From: Lama glama
Taxonomy: Eukaryota
Direction: 5' to 3'
DNA: 64,000 nt
Assembly (NCBI GenBank): GCA_028534125.1
Contig: CM052817.1
Location: 42,658,001-42,722,000 of the forward strand
A program made the position numbers and the translations under genes. Every line of letters begins with the position of its first letter. Positions within the stretch are counted from its first letter, which is position 1. Positions 35,326 to 49,249 of this stretch are shown here, piece after piece. The notes below the pieces were generated by a model, which made no database searches, was not told where the DNA came from, and worked only from the letters and a program-made list of their open reading frames with translations.

Positions 35326-38300
35326 ATCTCAAACTCTGAAGGATTATAGCCAAAGTTTGCTCAAGTCGGTTAATCCTTTCTCTGTCATGCATACTGACGT
35401 ATCCTCTGCTTCTATGGTCTGCTAGCATGGGGTGTGCCAGTTCCCGTCACTAGGTCTATGAGCTTGAAGTCATTTGTGTGATTAGGCTGGAGAAATACAT
35501 GATAATGTCTAGTATCATTTAAAACAAATTAATTTCCCATTTCATTTATCTGTTCATAATTCTCAGTCTGGCACCCATTGCAAATGACCTTATGAAGAGT
35601 CACAAACAAAGATGTCATAAGAAAATCAAGCTAAAAGTCCTCAAACTCAGTATCTCATTCTCATTTCTTCAATATTATACTCCTGTGATTACAGCTGTCC
35701 CTTTTTTTTATATCTTTGCCTTTATAAGTCTCATTTTCATAATTTAACATATATATTGGTAAATTACAGTACTCTGCCCCAAGGCTATAAAGGAGCTTCT
35801 GTATATTCTGTTATAAAATTAGCTAATTAATAATTTCTCTATATTGCCACTAAGCAGAATTACATGGTTAAATTATGATGATGGGGTCTCACCACACACA
35901 TGTTATGAAACAGCAAGTCATCATTTAACATCAGGCATATGTGTGAGTGAGAGAGGACAAGCTCGAACACTTACCAGGAGAATGAAAAGCAGCTAATTCT
36001 GAGACTAGTTTCCAAAGATGCAGTTTGCTAACTAAAACAAGTAAGTTGTGGCTGTGAGGGGAGGGGGTCAGTAAGGAGGGAGAGAGAGAGGAAACCAAAG
36101 CCATGTAAGGAAAGGAATGTTAGAGGTACCCAAAGAAAAACAAGCTGTACTAGTAACTCTAACTAAAGACATCCTAATGTGGTATCCACATAGAAGCAGC
36201 TCTAGGAGTGGCAACAGAATACACCAGACTTGAAGGGTAAGTGTCTTCCCCTCCTTACCAAGAGAATCCTAAATTATTATGTTTGTGCCTTATTTCTGGT
36301 GCTTATATTATCATTTTGATATTAATACCCATAAGCTCACAGGGAAGCTATTGATTCACTCTCTGGTAAGCCCTTGTTCCCAACACATAAGTATAAACAT
36401 TACAGTAAACAATCCCCATTTATCTGGAACATTATGAATCTACTCTATGACTGTTAGATATGGAAAATTTGTTTTTAAGCCTTTTTTTAAATTATGTGAA
36501 CTAATAAGATCCCGTAGGGCAATCTTACAGCAAAGTCTAGAGTAAATACAATACCATCTCAGTCACCCACAGCTCTATGGTCTATTCTGATTGTTTCAAT
36601 CAAAACAAAATGAATAAACTTAACATTTAAATATCCCCCCATAGTTTCCATCAACAACCTTTACAGTTCGATTTATTTGAGCCTTGGAGAAATTGCATGT
36701 GATCTTTGTCCTCTATGTGTTTAGCATACATTACAGTTCATTATCATATCAGCCCTCAATAAACTGATTTATTTTACAAAATGAAAAGAAAAGAAGGCCT
36801 TGACCTTTGGTAGGAAAAAAGTAAAGGGTGATACGACTATTAATTTTCTTATATTAAACTATGAAATTCAGTTCATTGTAAACAATCCACAATTCTTTCT
36901 TATATTCAGTTACTAAAGGATGTTTTTCAATTATCATAGGAAATCCAAGTTCGAAAAACATTTGCAAAATCAAAACCAGTGAGAAGACACTAAGTGTATG
37001 TCGACACTAGTAGCTTCAAGAGAGAGCTAGGCAAAAACCAAGATAAAAAATGTTCTAATGATTGCAAATAAGGATAACGCAGATCTGTCCAGCTTTCACT
37101 CTGAACTGAAAGAGGCAACATGCTTAATTACATGTCCCTGTTTCCACCTTTGTATGGCCTTAGCGAAGTGACCAGAGCAGAGGATGAGTAGACACCTTGG
37201 AGCAGGAAGCTTTGATTAGGGGGAGCCTCTCTCTCTTTCTCTCTGGTTGTAAGATAAGGTTTGTATTTTACTGAGTAAACTGACCACTTCTTCCCAGTTC
37301 TCTTTCAAACAGGCCACAGGTATCTACCATTAGCTCAGTTTCACAGTTGAGAACAATGAGGGAAAGAACAAGAAAATCACCTTCCCGATCCAAAAAGGGT
37401 ATAGCTTTAGAATTTAAAAGATGATTCATCTGGAGAATGATTACTTGCCTAGAATTTAGTATTTTCGAGAACAATTTTCAAAAACTCCAAGACCGCTTTC
37501 ACAATGAAAGAAGAGCCTGTAGGAGGATGGGGCTTGACATAACACCTAGCTCAACATCTTCTAATACAAAAGAAATGAAAATTTTAAATAATTAGATGTC
37601 ATAAAAACATGCTGGGAGCAAGACTAAAATCTAAGTTTTTATCTTCTAACATTCCCTTAGCTTCATCCAACTGGTAAAGCTCTTCTTGAACTTTGTCTAC
37701 CTCAAAGAACTCTGTTATGACTTTTTACAAGATGAAAGTAAACGCAATAATAACTTATGAATTTCTTATGAAAGTCTTACGAAAGAATTATGTCTTGGCC
37801 AACAAATAATTTGGTGCACACTCACAGATCGTACACACATACAATTTTTATGGCCACTATAAGTTAGACATATTCTGGAAGATTCTGAACTATAATAGAA
37901 TCATTTTCTGTTCTCCAGTGATTTTCTAGTCCTGAAAAAAATGTTCACAGACTCTTTGGGGAGCCATTTCCTTAGTCATAAAACATGGCAGAAAATTGGA
38001 GGTGAACTGGTAGATGTACTATTCCTTTCTACATCCAGAGCTTGCTACCCATCTCCCAAAAAATGATATCCTTTGAGACTTACCTGTTCATCCCTTCAGT
38101 TCAGGGAGAGACAGAAATTTCTTCTTCCTCCACCTCCTCTTCCTCTCTTCGTCCTCCTCTTTGTCTTTTTCTTTTTCCTGAAACAAATCCATTGAGTCAT
38201 ATCATATGGTATTTACTACTCGTATTCACAGACATCAAAAGGATGGCAATCTGTTTAATATCCTGCAGATGAACATGCACTAAAAAGCAGCATTGGCAAT

Positions 38301-39689
38301 CAGGCACTCACTGCCCACTGGGCACCAAGCAGCAATGTGCTAAAGATCTGGCGTGTTGTTCCATAGAGAAGAATGACTTTCATTACAATTGTATCAAAAA
38401 CAAATTATGTACCAAATGTTTGCCTAGATAAGTACTTGGAAGATCATTTATCTTTCATTCATCCCCTCACAGCTTCCACATTCCAGTGCTATTGCTGTCA
38501 ATACTTTCTTTGCCTGTTTACATATATGTTCCTCTTCCATTTGTTTCTGTGAGTTGACTAGTTTCACCTCATACCAGCCTCAGCGTATATTATGAAAATC
38601 ATACAATACCTCCAAATAAAAAGAACATGGACAAAAGGTGCATAATAAATCTTTCACAAAATAGTTTCTATAGCATCTCCTCTTGTCTCATTTTGCCATG
38701 TAACTGGAGAATGGAAACATTCACTTTACATTTTCCATCTGTTAGACACTGCTAGAAGATAACATAAGACTTAGAAAGACAAAACTTTAAATTTAAAACA
38801 GATCCCTAATAAATTTTAGTAAGAAATTAGTGATCTTACATATCAGGCCACTTCTTTTAAACATTTAGAAACTGGGGTCCAAAGGAAGAGATGGTCCAAG
38901 GTCTCACATCTGTTTTGAGCCCGGAAATGCTGGGATTAGAACCTGGGCCAGGAGGGGGTAGGGTTCTTCTCTAAATATGCCAAATTTTCTTTGAAGATTT
39001 CACTTTTAAAAACAAAAACTGCTGATTTTTGCTAAGATGAGATTTAGAGATATTTAGAAATGCTGTGGCAATTGCACAAGATTTTCTCAACATTCAGAAT
39101 TAAGTTCCTGGGAACCATCCTGGAGGAACTGATTTTAAAAGGTCTCTACTCTGTTTCTTCCCCTTCATTCACACTCTCTTAGTTCAAGCATCATCATTAA
39201 TGGTGCCTGATACACTACAGTCACCAAACTTTTCCTTCCCATCTCTCAGATTCATCGTCTACATTTCCACCATGGTTCTCCCTCTCTTCCTGTTCCCTTC
39301 CCATCTCTGTCTCTGACTTTACATAATTTATTGTTTCTTTTCCAGCACCCCAGACCTGTTGGAATGCCTCCCCGCCGCCACCCCAACCCCGTCATCGCTG
39401 CCCTAGTAGGGAGCCCGCGGGCCTGCAGGCCTTCTGGCCTTCTTAGCTCCAGGCAGAGCCTTCTCGGTCTCTCAGATGCAGGAGCTGTTGAGAGGCACAG
39501 GAGGGCACGAGGGGCCAATCTCCAGCTCCTCGTTCTCTCCAAGCCCTGCTGGTGGTTTTCATGAACGTTCTTTGGGCTTCTTCCTCTAGTCGCTGCTCCA
39601 CAACAGAGAATGTTTATGAGCTCTGACCTTTTGATCTTGCTACACGGGTTCTTAATTACCTGCGGATGCAGGCAGTCAAGGCAACGACT

Positions 39690-40060
39690 GGGGCCTCCAG
39701 GATGCTGGGGTCTTCAGGTCTGCCGCGACCCTGTTCACCAGCTGCTCGGGCCTGACTTTCAGCTACGTATTCCTTTTCGCATCTCCGAAGACCAGAGTCT
39801 ATTCCGACATGTCAACGCTCCTGTTCCTGAGATGTTCTGGCGGTCCTGGAGCGGCGCGGGAGGAGGAGGAGGAGAAGCCGTCCCCGCCCCGCGGCTGGAC
39901 GTGTAGACAGACACAACCCTGGGCCCGCGCCCGAGACGGACTAGAACGCGAAGCCGCCTCGGCGCGGCGCCCTACGGTGGCCAGCAGGGGCCACGCGGCC
40001 TCTCCGACCTTCGTCGCCCTCAGGGCTTCGCGCTCTGACCCGACAGCTCTCCCGAGAACA
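39690..40060. promoter_or_regulatory. Small orphan CpG island / candidate promoter
   Basis: Sharp rise in GC and CpG against an AT-rich background; GC box CCCCGCCCC 39882-39890; (GGA)n tract; no recognisable coding sequence. Confidence 0.7.
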
Positions 40061-40890
40061 AAGATCTGACCATTTCACCTTACCGCTTTAGATGTGCTAA
40101 TTGCACCATTTCAGCATTTAAGATCCGAATACCTATAGTCTGTCCTGGACCCGTTCTTCTGGATTCCCTTCTCTTGTCTGGTGATCTTTTCACCCACCGG
40201 GCTGCTAGGTCTTCCTAGGAGCTGTCAAAGGATCTCTACACTTTTTCTAGGCAGACAAAATTAGAGATGAAAAATACGACTATGTTTATGGTGTTTTCCC
40301 CTTTCACAGGATGAATATCATTCTTTCGTCTTAAAAAGCAGATGTTATCTTCACTAGTTACGGGTGAAAAATGGGATTCTTGGTGAAATTTAAAGGTCAG
40401 AGAAGTATGTCATTAACCTGTCTCAGAAATCAGTTCCTGTGTTATAATTTTTCAGAAAGTATAATAACTACTTACTTCGGTTTGTAGTATTTCTCGTTCT
40501 ATGCATAGCTTTTCATTAGTTTGCTTCACTTAACCCTACTGCATTCTAAAAATAACTGTACCTCAGTCATATCTATCAAATTTCCTAATTTTTAAAAGCC
40601 CTTATATCCAGTCCATAATGCCTACCATTTATTCCAAAATCAATTTTTCATTACCCTTTGTCTTTTTTCTAATTAGTTTGATGCTTAGTTCAGTTTACAA
40701 TAGCTAATTCATGTGAGTTTTTCTTTTCTAACCTTTAGTTTCTTCTCACTGACCACAAGAAAAATTTCTGAATAAAGAGGGTTTATCCTTGTAGTAATAA
40801 TCTCTCATAAAAATCAGATTACCAGCCTTAGTCTGGTCATATAATAAAGCTTATCAATGAACCAATCCATAATATTTGTTAAATTTCCCC

Positions 40891-41369
40891 TGTGAACGAA
40901 AAATACTGCAAACCATATCAGTGGACAAAGAATGCTGAAATCATCAAGTCATCAGCGGTTGCCGCCACCCCCCAGTAAAGACAAGCCTGCAGCCCAGCCT
41001 CTGCAGCCACTCACAATGGTGCACCCTGAGGGGACTCAGAATAAGAAAGGACAGGATACTGGCCCTAGATAGCTAGGTGCTTGTCAAAGGAATGAATTCA
41101 ATGAGCCCAAATGTTTGCTTCCTCCCATACATAGAAAAGCACTAAATTCTTTAACTTGAGATGCCTGGTTTTCTTTAGATAACAAGTGATCTTTTATTGT
41201 TCCAATTACCTGGTCTTTGTTGTAAAGCTCCTATATATCCTAGCTGCTTCCCTGCCTCTTAGAAGCAGTCCCTCAGAGCGATCTGAGAGGCTGTCCTCCT
41301 GGCTTGAGTCCTCCCACCAAATAAAACATAACTCTCAGCTTTTAGGCTGCGCATTTATTTTAGTCAATA
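40891..41369 (+). mobile_element. Solo ERV1-class LTR (MER41-like, artiodactyl type) inserted in an L2 remnant
   Basis: TG start, decayed ...GTCAATA end, CCCC 4-bp TSD (40887-40890, 41370-41373), TATATA and AATAAA in LTR order. Confidence 0.85.
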
Positions 41370-41476
41370 CCCCTACGGTAGGCACCATGGGAAATATAAA
41401 AGAGGGAACTACATGGTACCTGCCTTCCAAGACTTTATAATCTAGTAGTGGTAATAAGTTGTATACAGAAAAGGCT

Positions 41477-41610
41477 AAAAGTTCTGGAAATGTACAGTAA
41501 CGACAGTTGAACAACTATGTGAATGTACTTAATGCCACTGATTGTACACTTAAAAATAGTCAAAATGGGAAATTTAGCATTATATATATTTTACCACAAT
41601 AAATTTTTTT
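41477..41610 (+). mobile_element. L1MB-type 3' end
   Basis: TGTGAATGTACTTAATGCCACTGATTGTACACTTAAAAAT...TTTTACCACAATAAA. Confidence 0.85.
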
Positions 41611-43739
41611 TTAATTTTCCGTTTTTGTGGTTATCAACTGCCCAGAGCTGATTTAAGTAACTTCTAGTGCCACGTCCTGGATCACACTTCTTATGTAACA
41701 TATGACTTACAAATGGTCCTTATGTTGACAATTTCTAAATAGTTTGTTTGCTCTTCTCCAGATCTATATATCCCTTCTGGTTTTTATTAAAACGTCCTAT
41801 TCCTCAAAGAACAAGGTTCAGAGGTATTTTGTTTTCAACAGGCAATTTGAAAAAATACTTCCCTAGAAACATGGTAACATTTGCTACCTTGAAAATGTTT
41901 GAAACCAGTAAACTATAGACCAAGTGAAATTCACTCACCACGCCTCTGTTATAATGGCATACTCGTTTAGCTGCATTGAAATGAAAATCTGGCTGATTAG
42001 GAACAATCAGAGAACAGAGGAGAACAACAAAGGGGAGAGACTGAATGACCCACGGTAGGATTCTCATTAGAATGTCCCCAAAGAAGTCTTAGGACACAGG
42101 GTTCATTGTGCTGCTTCAATTATTCTTGTCTTCGTTTCCAGGAAAACATACCCTAATGATGAAGAACTTGCATTTTATGTACTGAAATATACTCGCAATA
42201 GCTAGTTAGTTTGTATGTCTTTCAATGAGGTATACTATCCATAAAGCAATAGTTTAAATTTTCAATATTCCTTGCATAATAAACCTGAATAATATGCATT
42301 TCCATTTCCAGAATCTTTAGGACTCTGAAGAGAGAGTTTTTCATCAGAGAGAGATTTAAGTCCTTCTCCCTGACCCTTGTCTATTCCCTTTCTCACATCT
42401 TCCGAAAAAATGGGCACGACCCCAAGTGTGGCTCTGAAACTGTTGCTTTGTAAAGATACCCATCTGTTCCTTTCATTGTCTCCCTAGTCATATCTGACTG
42501 GGTTTGGGATGTCCAAATCCATTTCTGTTATTGTCAACACTACAGAGCCAAGAACTCTTTGGACAAGTAACTGCATCACAAGCTATTGCCTTATGTGTCC
42601 TCAAAAGAATTGCCCTTGTCTGCATCCAGAACCTTTATTACAGGAGAAAATGTGGAACACTCAGCAAGAAACAATGCATTCGATGTTAGACCTGCTATAA
42701 AAACAGACATTTTAAAATACAAATACCAGCTGACAGAAAACAAAACATGTCAAATATCCAACAAATATGACATTTTAAACTTGACCTTTCCTAACGTGCT
42801 GGTATTTCAGAGGTTATTATTTTTCACGCATGTTTTAACCAGAATCTATAAACTATATGAAAAGACATCATTCCTGTTTATTCTCCTCTAGAATGTAATC
42901 ACAGGGCCAATTTTTTAAAAAGCAACAGAGAAATTTGTTGAGCTGGAGGTTTTTTGGTTTGCTTCTTTAAATGAATAAGCATAGACATTAATTTTATTGT
43001 TTTTATTCCCAGAGATTTTCTGGTCAATCTTGAGTTATAACTTGCTACTGAGTTGCTGCCTCTTAAAGCAGAAATATTATAGAAGTACAGTTTTTGATAA
43101 GTACTTCCATTTTCACAAATAGAAAATACTACAGGTTTTCCAATAGATCCAAATAACTACAAGATAGAAAACCTGAGACAGTGCTATGACCTCACTAGAC
43201 TCATTAATCCAGCTGTCATTTACTGAGTGTCCAGTATGTGCCAGGTATTGTGTCCACTAGGCAGTGGGATGACAAAGATGAATGAGACACTTTACCTTTG
43301 GAGAATGCACTATGGTGCAGTATAAGCAAACAAATGTAAAACTGTGATAGCTACTCTCCCTGGGGCTACATCAGACTGGGGATAAAAACAAAGGCAACAC
43401 AATAATCAATGTTATTTCTTGAAGGTGTCTCGTGAAATACCATCTCCCCAAGCCCTTCGCCTCTGGTCATTGCCTGGTTGCTCCAGCCTTCATGCTGAGG
43501 TCACTGACTTACAACAAAAATGATGAGGAGTGGTCGATTCCCAGGAATGCCATTTGCTTTGCTCCCTGTTCTTTACACCATCTCTCTTGTACCCTTTTCT
43601 CTGTAGGCAAGTAGTCCTTGCACCACTGGGGACTAGAAAAACCACAAGATTTCTTTTCCTTTCCACATCCAAAGAACACTTTGAAATATCCAAACTGGAG
43701 CCCCATCACCAAAAGGTTTGATTTAATTTGTTGACTTTT

Positions 43740-44180
43740 TTTAATTATGAAAGTGACTCTTACCTGCAGCCAGATTTGAGAACTGTCTGCCTGAGTGCCC
43801 GCTCTCATAACCTCTTTGATTCGACCACCCAAGCCAGGGCACAGTCAGCGCAGTGTCTCGAGCCTCAGCTCTTCGAAGGGACTTCTGGCTCTTGGCCTTT
43901 CCATCTCTTGCTTCTGGGCTCTAAAACTGATTCTCAGCAGGCCAAGAAAGTGACTGAGGTGAGACATTCTGGTCCTTCAAGTCCTCTAATATAGAAGGCA
44001 TTATCCCATCTCCATCTCCCCACAGTTTCCAGTACTTGACAGGAGTCCTCCATCCCAAGTAGATGCAAGGGCAGTTGCTCAGTTGCTCAGTTGCTCAGTT
44101 GTGTGAGCAAAGATACCCAGGTTTGGCTAAGCCTGAGTTGGAATACTATCACATGCAACTGAAAAGACCCCTGGCTAATA
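43740..44180. mobile_element. Old MaLR LTR fragment
   Basis: End motif GCTAAGCC...TCACATGCAACTGAAAAGACCCCTGGCTAATA. Confidence 0.5.
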
Positions 44181-45659
44181 TATGCTACCCACCCCCAGGC
44201 TGAATTTGGGGCTACTTCTTTGGCGTGGCCATAAAATGTTGTACATGTCTTCAAGAGCAATCAATAAATTACAGCATAATTACGTGTTTGATTGTCTCTT
44301 TTGTCTACTAGACTATAAGCTTCTTTAAGGTAGGATCTCTCCCATTTTTTCCTTTTTGTTCCCTTAGAGTAGACTTTGGCAAAGAATAGGTGTTCAATTA
44401 AAAGAAAAATGATGGATGAGTGAAAAATGAATATTTTCCTCATATTTAAAGTTTATATATTCATCCTTCAACAGAAATAATACCTGAGATTCTAAAATGG
44501 CTCTTAAGAAACTCTTCTAATTTAAATTTTTAAAAATAATATTAATATTGCTCAGCATATCAACAGTGGATCTGAAGTAACATATAGCTATCCCACCTCC
44601 TATGCCCTGTACCACATTCTAGAACTGAATACCTGTCAGAAAGTTGGCCGTATTTTAAGTCAGGTATGAGACACAGAGAAAAAGAATCTAAGTCTAGAAT
44701 TCTGAAGACATTACCTTTAACCACTGCAAACATTGCATGTTTTGAAGAACTATACCTATCACTGAATCCGTTTTCTGTTAGTCTTTATTTATAGCTAAAG
44801 GATCAATCAAATTACTCAAACTCTGATCAGCCATAAAACAGAAGAAAGCTGATTATATGATTTGTTTCATCTGTATTTTTGTCTGAATTTCCTTTATTCA
44901 AGACACAGCACATTTCCTTAATGACATATTTTGTGATTACATTAAGAACCACTGTGTATAAAGTATCTTATTTGGAAAGCTCAGTATTACCCAATAAAGC
45001 TGGAGCTATTGAACAGTGAAATATTAGCAGGGGTCTTGTCTGCCACTTAAACTCCCAAAGGGTAAAATTCTCTCATGTTACATAACCTAGAAAAATATCT
45101 TTGTGTGTCCCACTATGTCATCACTCTCCTGAAACAATCACGACAACCTCTCAGAATGCCTGCTGCATTCATATATGATGTGACTCATAAACTTGAATAA
45201 ATAGGGAAGCTCTGAAGAAGATAAGTCAAGTTAGGCCCTCTTTGCTCCAATTGACTGGAAAATTCTAATATAATGATTTCTTGCAATGCTAAGGTTAACT
45301 AGAACTTTTTCTAACTTTTAGCAGTTACATCTTAAATTTATCCTGGATTTACACTTTAGACTCCTTTCAAAAAGTTAGATTAAAAACAAATATACTCTCA
45401 TAAGAACTTAAATCTCAAGTAAACTATTCATATGCCATCTAGCCAACATTTTTTATAATTGTTTTATTTAAATTGATAAAAAATATAATTTTTTTCTATA
45501 GTTCTCTTTCTTTCCTTTTGTTACAGCAATGGACTAGATTATTTTTATAATAGGTCAAAAATCTAGCAAAAAATGATTGAAGCAACAAAGTATTACAAAC
45601 TTTGGGTATGGGAGAAAGACAAATAAATGGATTATACCCAATCCAATAGCTTTATTCCC

Positions 45660-46272
45660 TAACATTATCCTTTTGCAATGTTTTCCATCACTGTCAGTGG
45701 TGTCACTATGTAGTTTTGGAATCCAGAAATCTAACAATCTTGTTTGACATATCTCCCTCATTTTACCATGAATCTCATTGCTGGCTAGATTTTCACAAAA
45801 TCTTGCCCATCTTATACCATAAACACTTCTTAAATCCATTCACATTTTTTCCAGCTCTGCTACCAGTACCCTGCTTGGAACCACTGTTTCTCACCAGATA
45901 TTTACTTTAATAGCATCATAACCATGATCCTCTTATCCTTGGTCTTCACTTTAGAACCAGAGTAATACGCATGTTAAAATTCAAATTTAATCATTTCTCT
46001 TCACTTCTTTTTCACTGTTCTCAGGATAAATACCAACATTTTCAACATGACCTTCAAAGCTTAACATGATCCGGTCCTGCCTCATCTCCCAGTTAGAGCC
46101 CCTGTTCTCTGTCTTCTAGACGTACAACCTTCCTTCAGTGTCTTGAAAATGACATTTGTCTACAGTGTGGAATTGTGTGTTGGGACCGATGTCTAGCACA
46201 GCATGAGGCACATAGTAGGCAATAAATATGGTGATTGTGCAGATGAGTGAATGAATGCATGAATGAATGAAG
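45660..46272 (+). mobile_element. L2 3' region
   Basis: Ends TAGCACAGCATGAGGCACATAGTAGGCAATAAATATG with a (TGAA)n tail. Confidence 0.75.
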
Positions 46273-46849
46273 TATAATGTTGCAAGATAATGTCATACTG
46301 GGCAGATAAGTACTAGAATTCTTGCTCTGTCATGCAAAACACTCATTTTAAGTTGTTTTCTTCATAAATAAGCCACTAGTCATCACCATTGCATAATATG
46401 TAAAGAACTCAGGTTACAACTCAAACCACTAGCTCTTTGATTTGCATGACAAGAGATAGTCATCTGCACTATGGTTAGGAATACAAAGGCTACTTTTTAA
46501 AATATATATTAAAAATATACATTAATTAAAATATTGTTCATTCATAAGTTTAATCCAGAGGAAATATCTTTATGCGAAGATGTTAAATAAAAAATTCATA
46601 CATGTAGAAAAACCCACATTTTGACTGAGAAAGGCACAGATGCATTTGAGAGTAAAAATAACTTCAATAGCAATTTCTTTGAAAGACTACAATTTTAAAA
46701 TAAATATGTAGTTCAGGCTGTTTTCTGAATGAGATTGCTGAATTGATTCTGAACTTGGAGTTGTAATTTAATCAGGCCAATCTAACCTATGATCCAGTGG
46801 ATAGAAACTCAATTGTATGGAGGAGAGGAAATTAGAGAAAGATTAATAT

Positions 46850-47020
46850 CTACTATGAATTAAACAATGTACTAAGGATGTAATATATGCTATCTCTTTC
46901 TTAGTCCTTACAACAACCTGGAGGGTTACTTGCCATTATCTGCAGTTTACTGTTAGGAAACAGCCAGGGAGGTTACACAAATATTAAGGGGCAGATATGG
47001 TATTTGTCTGACTCTAAACG
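46850..47020 (-). mobile_element. MIR fragment
   Basis: TAGTCCTTACAACAACCTG...ATTATCTGCAGTTTAC...GTCTGACTCTAAA. Confidence 0.55.
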
Positions 47021-48194
47021 CATCTCTTGATTTCTTGTGATTAATTGCAGAGCTCTCCTTCTCATTATTTCTCCTTCTCAATAACCACCATAGGTATTTC
47101 TTATCTATAGAGATTTCCATGATATTAAACTCCTGTTACTCCAACAGTTACTCATGTTACTCCAAGTTACCCCTAACTCTAGGTACAGAATTTAATTTAT
47201 TTCAGTGCTATCTCGATGGCTTCATTATCTTCATTTCTACCATTCTCTGAATAGGATGATTCATTGAAGATCAATTATTGGCTTCAACCCTTTCACTTTT
47301 GAAATTTGTTGTCATTTATCTGAATAGAAAATGTTGAAATGTGAGGATTCTGGTTTCATCAAAATTGTTGGCTGTAAAATAATCCTGCACACCTTCAGTG
47401 ACCTGTGTTTTAATGATATGTTTAATATAACCTCATTCTAAATACTGTATGTTAAAGGCTTATTTCTGGGCTACTCATCAAGTTTTCTGTATTCTAACTT
47501 GACTTCTCACAATATATTATAAATTCTAAAGGAAATCATTTTAAAACCAAAAGCTTATATAATAACAAATATTTGGACAAAGAGTAAAATATTCTTATGC
47601 CTTCTATCAGTGTAGATTATTAGACTCACAGATTTTGGTTTGGTGTTATTAAACCAAAGTCAATCATAGGGATGATTGGCTGAATTTTTAATTTTCATAT
47701 GAATAGTGTCTAATTTTAAAGTCAGCCCTGTCTGAATTAGCCAATTAAGATGTAGGCTCCAGTTTTATATTGCCAGTTACTTGCTAAGCATTTCTCCACC
47801 AGCTGTCTTTCTTTGTGTCTTTTATGTAAGAAAGAGAAAAAAATACTTGTTTTTTCATGAAAGTTTTATTCCAAAAAATAACTTTTATGTTTTCTGTAAA
47901 AATGACACATGGCATCAGTGAAAACAGAAAAACTTCCCAAATCATCAACTTTTACTGAGCATTAATCCTGTGTGGATTAACAGAAAAGTGATAGAGAAAT
48001 TTTCACTTAAACATGGAACCATACTATATTATCATAAAATACTGTCAAATAAAAACAAATCTGGATTTAGATAATGAGAAGTTTTGTTCAGAAGAAAGAC
48101 TACTGAAATAGGGAGAATCTTTCAATCTCAGAAATCTTCAAGCATCTCAACATCAAACAGAAAAAAGTCTTTTCTTTTGCAAGGTAAGAAGAGG

Positions 48195-48632
48195 TGTTAT
48201 GAGTTGAATTGTGTCTCCCAAAAAGATATGTTGAAATCCAAATCCCCAGTACCTCTGAATGTGACCTTATTTGGAAATAGAACCATCGCAAATAGTTAAA
48301 GTTGAAGTCATACTGGAGTAGGCTGGATCCTCAATCCAGTATGACTACACAAAGACCATGTGAAGATAAGAGGGAAGACTGCAGAGTGAATGTGCAGGCA
48401 GAGAATGGAGTGATGAAGCTATAAATCAAGGGATGCCAATGATAATGGCCATCCCTGGAAGCTAGGAAGAGGCAGGGAAGGATGGTACCCAGCGTCTCAG
48501 AGGGAACAAGGCATTGCTGACATCTTCAAGACCTTTCCAACTTTGAGCCTCCACAACTCTAAGAGAATAAATTACTGTTGTTGTAAGACAGTTGATGGTA
48601 GTTTGTTATGGCATGCCTAAGAAATGAATACA
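48195..48632 (+). mobile_element. MLT1C-like MaLR solo LTR, apparently nested in an older LTR-like segment (~48080-48890)
   Basis: TGTTATGAGTTGAATTGTGTC...GAATGTGACCTTATTTGGAAATAG...GAATACA; imperfect 5-bp TSD AGAGG/AGTGG. Confidence 0.85.
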
Positions 48633-49249
48633 AGTGGTAAGGAAAGTTTAGCAGGAACTTTTAAGAGGAAGTTAGGCAAGCAAGGGGAAATGACCAGGGG
48701 GTCTGATAGGAAAAGTACCACACTGTGGTCAGCTGGGTCTTAGAATAAGCTGACAAAGGAGCTGGTCCTGGTTTTCATGCTAGCTCAGGCTTGGAGATAA
48801 GCAGAACTGACAAGAAGGACAGAAGCCTGAATAAAGTTTAATCAAGACAAAGCAGAGGGTAAGAACTGGGCAACTGTGAGCACTTGGTCAGTATGAAATT
48901 CATCTTATTTGAATTGCAAAGGAAAAATAATTAAGTAAAATGAGAGAGGCTGATGAAATTCAGATGTTTCTCTACTTTCTCTACAGCAAATTACTTCAAT
49001 TTCCAAAAGATTTCTCCAGAGATTGTTATGTAAGAAGTTATTAGAGTTGATGTTTGTTTTGTTTTAACTACAAGATTCAGCTTCAAGCAGTATCTTTTGA
49101 CTCGGTGTTAGGAGAGAAGTGCTTTTCACTTCCTAGTCTCATCCCAACTGTTTGTTAGGTGCATTATTAGTTTTACGTTGCCAAATTTTATAGCTTGTAT
49201 ATAATTCCCTTAATTTTCATCAGCAAATTGATCACAGGATCTCCATTCC

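Noticed and set aside
39252..40069. Four 77-98 aa ORFs at the CpG island
   Set aside because: Expected in GC-rich DNA; three of the four lack an ATG start and none resembles a family I recognise.
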